From Candidatus Hermodarchaeota archaeon (GTDB lineage Archaea; Asgardarchaeota; Lokiarchaeia; Sigyniarchaeales; SOKP01), in assembly GCA_048885525.1 (NCBI GenBank), contig JBHLLP010000001.1:64001-128000 (forward strand): a DNA stretch of 64,000 bases. The letters are read 5' to 3'. Numbering within the stretch: the stretch's first letter is position 1; every line of letters begins with the position of its first letter. Of this stretch, positions 10,501-17,286 are shown piece by piece. Position numbers and translations under genes: made by a program. The notes below the pieces were generated by a model, which saw nothing but the letters and a program-made list of their open reading frames with translations, was not told the DNA's origin and made no database searches.

Positions 10501-11006
10501 GTAGGTTTCAGATTTTTAATTGAATCAATTTTCCCTTGACTTACAAAAGCAAATTGATTATCAGGATTAATATTAAAATCAGAAACTAATTTTTGAACTT
10601 CTTGAACTGGTACTTTTCTGAATTCTTTATCAGACTTTCTCTGTATTTTGAAGAAGGGAGATTGTCCTCTAATTACATATCTTCTTATTTTAATTAATTC
10701 ATCCACGATTTGAACGTGAATTTCCACCATAGCATGATTTTGTCCATTTCTAATAAAATTCGCCCATTTCTTATATCGATCATCTCTTTCATTGCTCCCT
10801 AAAGCAAATTTAATGGCTTGAAATATTGAGGTTTTTCCACTCCAATTTGGTCCTACAATAATCACGAATTTAGATTTACCAAAATCCACTTCATCCTTCT
10901 GAAAAGATAAAAAATTTTCTAAAATAACTTTTCTAATAAAAATTCTAGAATTCTCTATATGAGATATTTCATTTTTTTTCAGGTTCGATTGAGATCGAGA
11001 AGCCAT
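7536..11006 (-). CDS. SMC ATPase, Smc5/6-like
   Basis: Walker A GPNWSGKT, Q-loop FNINPDNQFAFVSQG, long coiled coils with central hinge (GPIIDY), signature LSGGQ, Walker B LLDEP, C-terminal QLFMFLPK. Confidence 0.9.
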   Translation of the reverse strand: MASRSQSNLKKNEISHIENSRIFIRKVILENFLSFQKDEVDFGKSKFVIIVGPNWSGKTSIFQAIKFALGSNERDDRYKKWANFIRNGQNHAMVEIHVQIVDELIKIRRYVIRGQSPFFKIQRKSDKEFRKVPVQEVQKLVSDFNINPDNQFAFVSQGKIDSIKNLKPTELCSFLEEGIGLKDLREEILHQKNDILNLNKDLQSLKSRRNTLNISLELLNPKLERLKQKNELLKIKEKLNDELLWASKDKLEKEIIQIEDIIKNVELVIEGIKRKKEFSDREIELLSNKISKHHKNMNHLSEKVGELNYIKQELITKIQNWQKDKILVKQELDELSEKINEFKKIINNFKKQKESLGNENKRLQVESNNTSLQIDKLIIEQNQLLKKITQNKELLDKYNQLNSEKNENILRIQENKKTILSINNEINQLFQSFKDIEHKLEKNKWFLENPSKDLLNQLDKELKRISIRIYQLSSEINQLMIEKSKKLKKLKILQASLRERRVILPSNISVLKDEIKKRGLKVKGPIIDYLKYEDELSYAIESVLGEKLLYSFVAEDWDTLNLLKRLKEKFNAYCNIYLPKNVDITPMITITANGVLGYLAELIKIIDNDIDIKKVIYSTIKNCLVVKDYHSGREIYKTLNFKGKCVTLKGEQIISYKYVYETPYLKRLKGLLSAGTQGEQSEILETEVKHLNDKISELKVEQSKTNTEQQEIFKKKESFNDLLYNFNQKQRITSKKNQLYDQMHNLEKSNHFLKDENKKYENQIKDLKSQSDPDFFQWNDRIKEIPKKLALLNEDKKKWDLKSNENSNILKEVKDRLAKQKREKNLIQKDYETKKEAFQKADTTAFNTYRQLENIEEELETIEKKISNLKVEISQIQTKKSEIERKSIQITLTFEQENIKLNSYIQDLNSKKIDLLRINSEIGPLILKNLIKIRPIEDIEKEITGIDKGLLKYLDIDDSILIEKEQILSSLKEISKNQEDLEEDVKAAIKAEKKIEKTYYEKFSGLLENLQKRVNQKFLDSQIKSYCSLELTGNFEDLGVNIKAATSKEQLKSFTALSGGQVSLISICLILSLQEIKPSPLCLLDEPGMFLDEKNSEVAYQLIKATLEQNPIQLFMFLPKSSNALFLLAEKLIGIARVGKKEISSVFKPKIVKKNK

Positions 11007-11028
11007 ATTTCCCTCATTTTATAATTAA

Positions 11029-12264
11029 TTATTTACCAAAAGCTTGTTTTATTAGATCTACTCGCTTCTTAGCTTTTTCTAAATTTATTTGCGCCCTATT
11101 TGGAGAATCATTTAAGATAAAAGGATAATTAGCTAACATCTTCATATCGTTATCTTCCAACGGCTCTTTTTTACTTAATTTGTCAATAATAAGTGTAAGT
11201 TCGGTATAATTCTTGGATGAGGCATTCTCATATAACTGATTTAGCATAAATTCTGAAATGCGAGTCTCCCGAATTTCATTCACAATGCCGGTAACATCCT
11301 CAGAGTTATCAATTTTATTACTTTTTTGAATAGAAATTATTTCCTTCTCTTGATTAGATTCTGTATTTAGATCGATTTTGGAATTCTTTTCTAAGCTTAG
11401 TGGAATGGAATTTGGTATATATTCTCCAGATACAATTAAATCGATTAAAATATCCGTTATTTCATTACTAGTCTCATTTAATTCCGAGTTCAAAAAATGC
11501 TTGAATATCCCAACTTTCAATAGTTGTTTAATATCTTTTACTTCCCAATTTTCCGTGTAATTTACTATTTCGTTAATATCAAATACAATCTTAGTATTTT
11601 TTTCTAAAAAATCTTTTAATACTGTTTGGCGCTCAATTTTATTCAGTAATGGAATTTTAATAAAAAGATCAAATGCAGTATAGATTTTATTTGAAATAAG
11701 GTTAATATCTTGGATGTTATAATTAATCCATACTAAAACCAAATTCAAATCAGTAAATTTAAAATCAAAATTTCTACTCTGTTGAACCTCGAAAAACTTT
11801 TCTAATAAGTTTTCTCCAATTTTTTGCCTAAATTCTGTTTGCTGATTAATTAATAATAATCTCTTTTCACTAGTTTTATCCAGTTCAATTTCATCATCTT
11901 CTTTTTCTATTGATTGTGCAAAAGCTTCTAAAATTGAGATGAAACTCTTTACAAATTTGGTTGGAGATTTTAAAATCTCACTTTCTTCAAATTCAATTAG
12001 ATCTAAGTAATAATTCTTAGTGATAAGTTTAATGTAGTCTATTATGTCTGTTCCGGGACTGGTATTAATCAAAATTGCTCCTCTTGGTTCTAGATAACTA
12101 TTTAAAATAGTATCTTCATGATTTGTTAATATCACCTTGAGAAAGTTAATAATATCATTATATTTATCTCTATAGAATATGTCCTCTTTCTTAATTCTAA
12201 TTTCTGAAGGTCTAATTATCTTAAAATATCTAGAAAACTCCGGAATATCGTTTAAATCTTTCAT
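11029..12264 (-). CDS. Degenerate (probably inactive) AAA+ ATPase-like protein
   Basis: PRGAILINTSPGTDII at the Walker A position lacks GKT; AAA lid-like PLLNKIER..VL...TENWEVKDIKQL is kept; 22 nt upstream of the SMC gene. Confidence 0.6.
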   Translation of the reverse strand: MKDLNDIPEFSRYFKIIRPSEIRIKKEDIFYRDKYNDIINFLKVILTNHEDTILNSYLEPRGAILINTSPGTDIIDYIKLITKNYYLDLIEFEESEILKSPTKFVKSFISILEAFAQSIEKEDDEIELDKTSEKRLLLINQQTEFRQKIGENLLEKFFEVQQSRNFDFKFTDLNLVLVWINYNIQDINLISNKIYTAFDLFIKIPLLNKIERQTVLKDFLEKNTKIVFDINEIVNYTENWEVKDIKQLLKVGIFKHFLNSELNETSNEITDILIDLIVSGEYIPNSIPLSLEKNSKIDLNTESNQEKEIISIQKSNKIDNSEDVTGIVNEIRETRISEFMLNQLYENASSKNYTELTLIIDKLSKKEPLEDNDMKMLANYPFILNDSPNRAQINLEKAKKRVDLIKQAFGK

Positions 12265-12337
12265 TGAAAATTCTAATTTAATTCTTTGGTCTTTTTTTGA
12301 ACATTATTTACATGACATTTTACACATATATATTTAG

Positions 12338-12370
12338 CGGTAGTCATAGTTAGCGATAACTAGACCCCCG
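12338..12370 (-). promoter_or_regulatory. GC-rich hairpin at the predicted 5' end of the AAA-SMC operon leader
   Basis: Minus strand CGGGGGTC-TAGTTA-TCGC-TAACTA-T-GACTACCG folds into a long stem; TTTATAAA TATA-like box at ~12386-12393. Confidence 0.45.
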
Positions 12371-12465
12371 ACAAAAACCAAAAAGTTTATAAAAACGTAT
12401 TTCAAAAGAGAAAAATGAAAAGTGAATTTAATTTTTCATTCAAATTTAACTTTTTATAGATTTAT

Positions 12466-12915
12466 CTAAATTTTATCTAGAATAAATGATGGCAATCGGC
12501 CTTCATCTACCAAAATTCTTATTAAATTAGGCATACTATTCCATTGTCGAATAGAAAGGTTAAACTCTTCTTCTGTAATATCTTTTAATTGGGGAGCCCC
12601 AAAAGTTAGCATGCTAATAGAAGAGGTTATAAGATGTTTTACTTTTGTGCATGGGAACTCATTACATTGAGCACAACTATCAAACCCCTTTTCTCGTGCG
12701 CAAGGTCGGGCTTCACAATTCTTATCTGCTATTTTGTCTCCTTTACTCTTACAACCCTCACAATGAACATTCTCAGCAGTATAGTTTTCATGACCAAGAT
12801 ATTTTCGCCAAGCTTCAACCATTTTTTGTCGAATATTAATATTATCTGATTGAGCAGCACATAAATAACAGTTATAACCACAATAACCTATTATTTTATC
12901 ATCATTTTGAGTCAA
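12466..12915 (-). CDS. DUF3795-type Cys-rich (Zn/Fe-S) protein
   Basis: CGYNCYLC, CEGC and C..RPCA...SCAQCNEFPC pattern. Confidence 0.8.
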   Translation of the reverse strand: MTQNDDKIIGYCGYNCYLCAAQSDNINIRQKMVEAWRKYLGHENYTAENVHCEGCKSKGDKIADKNCEARPCAREKGFDSCAQCNEFPCTKVKHLITSSISMLTFGAPQLKDITEEEFNLSIRQWNSMPNLIRILVDEGRLPSFILDKI

Positions 12916-13028
12916 AAAATAACACCTCAGAGAGAAGAAGCAAATAATGTTTATAATTCTTATTGCCTATCTAGGTAATGTTTCTATATTAAGTCAATTT
13001 AAAATATTATAGAAAATATCCAAATGTT

Positions 13029-13502
13029 TCAATAATTTTGATAAAATACTTCTAAACCTAATTCTTGATTTAATAATTTAATATAAAACTCAAACTGTTC
13101 ATTAACAAGATCATAATGAGTGAATTTTCCCTTTTTGAAACTTCTAATGAGCCCAACACTCTCTAAAATTCGAAGATGATGTGAAATAGATGGTTGGGAT
13201 TTATCTAAGATTGCTTCTAGTTCACAAACGCAATGATCATTATTCTTTAATGCTGTAACTATTTTTAAACGTTCCTTATTTCCAAGAGCATAACAGAATT
13301 CTAATATTTTTTCGAAGTTGTCGAAATTGTCTAAATTTTTTCCAAAATCTTGTAAATTTTGGAAGTAGGTATTAACATCAATTTTTTTCATATCAATACA
13401 ACTTTCAAGGGAGCCAATTATCTCAAGAGTCCGCTTTTTATTAATATTATCCACCCAAATTATTATAACTTTTTTGAGAAATATAATTAATGCACTTATC
13501 AA
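13029..13502 (-). CDS. arsR: ArsR/SmtB metalloregulator
   Basis: ALGNKERLKI, CVCEL As(III)-binding motif, SQPSISHHLRIL HTH; divergent from acr3; true start probably downstream. Confidence 0.88.
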   Translation of the reverse strand: MISALIIFLKKVIIIWVDNINKKRTLEIIGSLESCIDMKKIDVNTYFQNLQDFGKNLDNFDNFEKILEFCYALGNKERLKIVTALKNNDHCVCELEAILDKSQPSISHHLRILESVGLIRSFKKGKFTHYDLVNEQFEFYIKLLNQELGLEVFYQNY

Positions 13503-13509
13503 ACATTAT

Positions 13510-13531
13510 ATATTTATATTAATATAAATAT
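13510..13531. promoter_or_regulatory. Perfect 22-bp palindrome in the arsR-acr3 divergent promoter (candidate operator)
   Basis: ATATTTATATT/AATATAAATAT; entirely A/T, so it may be chance. Confidence 0.35.
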
Positions 13532-13638
13532 TTTATTAAACTTTTTAAATCCAAATATTTTTATTTGATGCATTTCATAAATATCTCAAACTGTATAAAT
13601 ATAAAATACATAAAAAAACATAAAATTTTTGAAGATAG

Positions 13639-14700
13639 ATGAGCATTTCAGAAACAGAGGGATTATCAGTAACTCATGAAGAACAATCTAAAGATCTTGG
13701 ATTTTTTGAAAAATATCTTACATTATGGGTCGCTTTATGCATTTTTATTGGAATTCTTTTATCTATTTATGTTCCAGAAATAAGTCAAGCGATCAATTCA
13801 TTTACTATAGGTCAAATTTCTATACCGATTGGTATTTGCCTATTTTTAATGATGTATCCAGCAATGTTGAATTTGCAAGTTTCAGAGTTGAAAAAATTAG
13901 GTAAAAATCCCAAACCAATAATTCTCACGATAATATCTAATTGGTTAGTTGCTCCATTTGTAGGTCTACTTATGGCTCGTATATTTTTACAAGGTTATGA
14001 GCAATTAGTTGTTGCTATCATATTACTAAGCTCAAGTCCATGCACCGCAATGGTTTTAGTATGGGGATGGATGGCAAAAGGCAATCAAGAGCAAAATGTA
14101 GTAAATACGAGTCTAAATACGATAACAATAATCTTTGGTTATGCTCCTATGGTAACATTATTAACGGGTATTCAGAATATTCCTGTTGATTGGGTACTTC
14201 TACTTATTTCAACATTAATTTTTATTGGACTTCCGTTATTTCTTGGAATAATTAGTAAAAGATTATTAATATCAGCTAAAGGTGAGGATTGGTTTAATAC
14301 TACATATAGACCAATAGTTGGAAAAATCTCGATTATTGCCTTACTAACAACATTAGTGGTTCTTTTTTCTATGAATGGAGAAGTATTAATTAAGAATCCT
14401 GGTTACCTTTTATTGGTTTCCGTCCCACTCTTACTTGGATTCGTCATCGTTGTTGGTTACAACATCCTTATAACAAAGCTATTTAAATTAAAATATCGAG
14501 AAGCAGTCATAACAGTTATCATCGGTTCATCAAGTCACTTTGAAATTGCTATTGCTACAGCCATTGCTATGCCTGGTTATGGGATCGGGTCATTAGCAGC
14601 TTTGGGCACTACAATGGGATTATTTTGGGAAGTACCAGTAATGCTTTCGATTGTTTATTTAGGCAAATTCCTAAGGAAAAGAGGTTTTTGGAAATCCTAA
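13639..14700 (+). CDS. acr3: Acr3 arsenite efflux permease
   Basis: FFEKYLTLWV, MMYP, SPCTAMVLVW, SSHFEIAIA and EVPVM motifs; about 10 TM segments. Confidence 0.93.
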   Translation: MSISETEGLSVTHEEQSKDLGFFEKYLTLWVALCIFIGILLSIYVPEISQAINSFTIGQISIPIGICLFLMMYPAMLNLQVSELKKLGKNPKPIILTIISNWLVAPFVGLLMARIFLQGYEQLVVAIILLSSSPCTAMVLVWGWMAKGNQEQNVVNTSLNTITIIFGYAPMVTLLTGIQNIPVDWVLLLISTLIFIGLPLFLGIISKRLLISAKGEDWFNTTYRPIVGKISIIALLTTLVVLFSMNGEVLIKNPGYLLLVSVPLLLGFVIVVGYNILITKLFKLKYREAVITVIIGSSSHFEIAIATAIAMPGYGIGSLAALGTTMGLFWEVPVMLSIVYLGKFLRKRGFWKS

Positions 14701-14776
14701 TATTTTTAATTATACATTAAATTATCAAATTAAGATAGGTATCTTGAAAAACTAAACAAAATTTTACTGAATAATA

Positions 14777-14956
14777 ATGAATGAAGAAAACATGGAAGAA
14801 CAGATAGCCAATATAATAAAGGAAGCGATGAGTCAAATTTCTCATTCGAGTTGTGACCATTCAGAAACACATTGTAATAAAGATAGTCCCGATTATGAAC
14901 CCAAACATATTCATTGTGGAACTGATAGATGCAAAGGACTCCATCAAAATGATTAA
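14777..14956 (+). CDS. Unannotated 59-aa His/Cys-rich peptide (candidate metal/metalloid binder)
   Basis: Hand translation MNEENMEEQIANIIKEAMSQISHSSCDHSETHCNKDSPDYEPKHIHCGTDRCKGLHQND*; 4 Cys, 6 His; stop 3 nt before the next ORF. Confidence 0.7.
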   Translation: MNEENMEEQIANIIKEAMSQISHSSCDHSETHCNKDSPDYEPKHIHCGTDRCKGLHQND

Positions 14957-14959
14957 AAA

Positions 14960-15256
14960 TTGGATGTGATAAAGATTAGAGAAGAAGTGGAATTAAAAAA
15001 ATTAAAAATAGATATTTACGTCCCATTAGATGCGTGTGCCTGTGAATGGGATAAGTTTATGAATCGCGTATTTGTTGAACTGACACCTTATATAAAATAT
15101 ATTGATTATGATACTAAGAATCTAAATTCAGAAGAAGCAAGAAAACTCAATCTACACAATAAATGCGTAGTTGTAGATGGAGAGAAAAAATTTTCCTCAT
15201 CTTTGTTTCTTAAAAAGGAATTACCAAATCTACTTAAAGCTAAAGGACTTATTTAG
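14960..15256 (+). CDS. Small thioredoxin-fold/ArsD-like protein with CxC motif
   Basis: KIDIYVPLDACAC after the first beta strand and CVVVDG near the end; located in the ars operon. Confidence 0.55.
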   Translation: MDVIKIREEVELKKLKIDIYVPLDACACEWDKFMNRVFVELTPYIKYIDYDTKNLNSEEARKLNLHNKCVVVDGEKKFSSSLFLKKELPNLLKAKGLI

Positions 15257-15289
15257 TCTTTAGATTATTTATTTTAAAATTTAATTAAG

Positions 15290-15769
15290 GTGATTGTAAG
15301 AATTAAAAAAATTAAATTAACGATTTTTGCACCAGATCCTGAAAATAAATTATCAAATGGGCTTGATTACAACCTAACTATAAATGAAAAAGGAACTATT
15401 GTTGATCTCTTAACCACTTTAGATAAATATATCTATGAAAATCCTGAAAAGTCTATTTTTCCCATATATAAAGGGTTAATTCACTGTTATCTTCAGCTTA
15501 TTTGGGATGCTGAAGAGAATGTAATTTATGAGGATTGTGCGGTAAATGCATATGGGCCAAATAAAGAATTTATGCCTTTACGCGAAGATATTAACTTTAA
15601 CTTGTATTCTGATAGTGATATAACGATAGTAGTGCATGCAGATTGATGAGCTGATGTTATGAAAGAACGATTGGATTATGGTAAATTTAAAAGAATTATA
15701 ATGAAAACTTATGGAAAAAACCATGAAAATTTTGCCCATTATTTTAAGACCCAAAGAAATAATTCTTAA
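15290..15769 (+). CDS. Candidate selenoprotein (159 aa) with tandem Sec-Sec; beta-grasp-like N-terminal domain
   Basis: The track ORF stops at TGA 15644-15646, but TGA-TGA is followed in frame by 39 sense codons (ADVMKERLDYGKFKRIIMKTYGKNHENFAHYFKTQRNNS) to TAA 15767-15769, then a SECIS-like hairpin. Confidence 0.72.
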
Positions 15770-15817
15770 GGTGAATGATACCTTTCAATAAATTCTAGTG
15801 AAAGGTTGACAATAGGA
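15764..15817 (+). promoter_or_regulatory. SECIS element (eukaryote/Lokiarchaeal AUGA...GA kink-turn type)
   Basis: ATGA-T (15775-15779), perfect 8-bp stem ACCTTTCA/TGAAAGGT (15780-15787/15799-15806), apical loop containing AAA, 3' T-GA-C (15807-15810); possible lower helix TCTTA/TAGGA. Confidence 0.72.
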
Positions 15818-15880
15818 TTGCCTCCTATGAAAATTAAATTTATTCGAAATTGTTGGATTTAACTCCTTTGGTATATTTTT

Positions 15881-16474
15881 ATGTTAGAAAAAGAAAGACT
15901 ATCCCTTGTAAGAAAATATTCAATTGAACACTCTGAAGAGGATGATATTCACGGATTTTTGCATGTTGAACGCGTTCTAAAAATATGTCTCCAATTAGGG
16001 AAAAAATTAAATGCTAATCTATTGATACTTGAAATATCGGCTCTACTCCATGATATTGGCAGAAAATTGAAAAAAAATTCAAGTTCTACTGAGAATCATG
16101 CTGAATTATCTGCAGAGCTAGCTTTAAAATTCTTGAAATCTTATGATTTTAAACTCTCTCAAGAAGATTTTGATAATATAATTCACTGTATTAGATCGCA
16201 TTCATTCTCAAATAATTCAAATCCTATAACTATTGAAGCAAAAATATTATCTGATGCTGATAAATTAGATGCTCTTGGTGCTATCGGTTTATATCGGACT
16301 ATAGGTTTTACTATAAAAAACCAAGGGGGAATAGAAGAAGTCATCAAACACTTAGAAAATAAAATCTTGAAATTAAAGGATCAAATGAATTTAGAAATAT
16401 CAAAACAAATAGCAGTTAAAAACCATCAAGTCGTTTTAGATTTTTATAATAAATTAAAAGAAGAAAGATTATAA
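15881..16474 (+). CDS. HD-domain phosphohydrolase (YedJ-like)
   Basis: H...HVERV, LLHDIG, HAE, IRSHSFS and DADKLDALGAIG motifs. Confidence 0.88.
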   Translation: MLEKERLSLVRKYSIEHSEEDDIHGFLHVERVLKICLQLGKKLNANLLILEISALLHDIGRKLKKNSSSTENHAELSAELALKFLKSYDFKLSQEDFDNIIHCIRSHSFSNNSNPITIEAKILSDADKLDALGAIGLYRTIGFTIKNQGGIEEVIKHLENKILKLKDQMNLEISKQIAVKNHQVVLDFYNKLKEERL

Positions 16475-16492
16475 GAAAGAGTCATTAGAGTT

Positions 16493-16756
16493 TTAAAATA
16501 ATTGATAATAATATGGGAAATTGCTCTTCAGAACCCCATACAACAAAGATTTTATCATCAAGGGTACTGCTACATGTCTCGCAGCAACAATCCAATCTAT
16601 CCCAATATTATTTCCAGTTCTGCTTCCCTCTTTAAATTTAAAATACATTGTCATACCTAAATGATCTTGAATTTTTGTATCTTCAATTTTAATATCTTCT
16701 AAATCTGGGATAGTAAATTCTTTGATATCAAGATTAGGCTGTATTGGTTCCCTCAT
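16493..16756 (-). CDS. Short hypothetical ORF, possibly a gene remnant at the end of the UvrA-like operon
   Basis: 87 aa; the frame stays open upstream of the ATG with no clear start. Confidence 0.35.
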   Translation of the reverse strand: MREPIQPNLDIKEFTIPDLEDIKIEDTKIQDHLGMTMYFKFKEGSRTGNNIGIDWIVAARHVAVPLMIKSLLYGVLKSNFPYYYQLF

Positions 16757-16807
16757 TTTCTCAGAAGATAATTGTAAAGCAGCTCGAATTATTACTTCCT
16801 TCTTTAC

Positions 16808-17221
16808 TTATAAAGAATTCAAGGAGGAGATAAGTTTATATTGATCTTCCGATAGTTTATCTTTTACTACTTCGAAAAGCTCTAAAAGTACATTGTCCGG
16901 AGCTCCCGCCATTACATACTTCAAAGGACCAAAAATTTTTATTTCTTTAATAAATTGAAATCCTCTGTTTTTCATATGTGTAACTAAAGCTTCTAAATCG
17001 TCGGTTTCAATCCCCAAATGATGAATGGCTCCACGTCCTTGGTCTTTTGGTGGTTGATCATAAAAATTAATTTTCGATGATCCAATTGATATCATTACGT
17101 TTCTAGCACCTGCCATTTTCAAATCAAATAAAACTTTAGCTCCAAACATATCTTGATAAAATTTAATACTTTTATCAAGATTGGAAGTAAAAAGATGTGC
17201 ATGATGAAGTGATGTTTTCAT
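16808..17221 (-). CDS. VOC/glyoxalase/bleomycin-resistance family protein
   Basis: LHHAHL...LDKSIKFYQDMFG, IHHLGI and PDNVLLELFE metal-ligand pattern. Confidence 0.88.
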   Translation of the reverse strand: MKTSLHHAHLFTSNLDKSIKFYQDMFGAKVLFDLKMAGARNVMISIGSSKINFYDQPPKDQGRGAIHHLGIETDDLEALVTHMKNRGFQFIKEIKIFGPLKYVMAGAPDNVLLELFEVVKDKLSEDQYKLISSLNSL

Positions 17222-17286
17222 ATTTCGACCTTTTCAATTTTTTCATTAATTTTATTATTTGAATAATTGGACTATATAAAAGTTTT

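Noticed and set aside
6347-12264. Wadjet (JetABCD) anti-plasmid system
   Set aside because: There is no JetD/Toprim nuclease, the gene order is smc-kleisin-KITE, and the head motifs are Smc5/6-like rather than MksB-like.
12338-12370. tRNA or tRNA fragment
   Set aside because: A single hairpin only; no cloverleaf and no T-loop GTTC motif.
13563-13582. ATTTGA-N6-TCATAA as an ArsR/SmtB box upstream of acr3
   Set aside because: Short, imperfect and in very AT-rich DNA; I cannot distinguish it from chance by eye.
15290-15646. The 118-aa ORF as given, ending at the first TGA
   Set aside because: The open frame after TGA-TGA and the SECIS-like hairpin right after the next TAA favour read-through. 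It remains the fallback interpretation.
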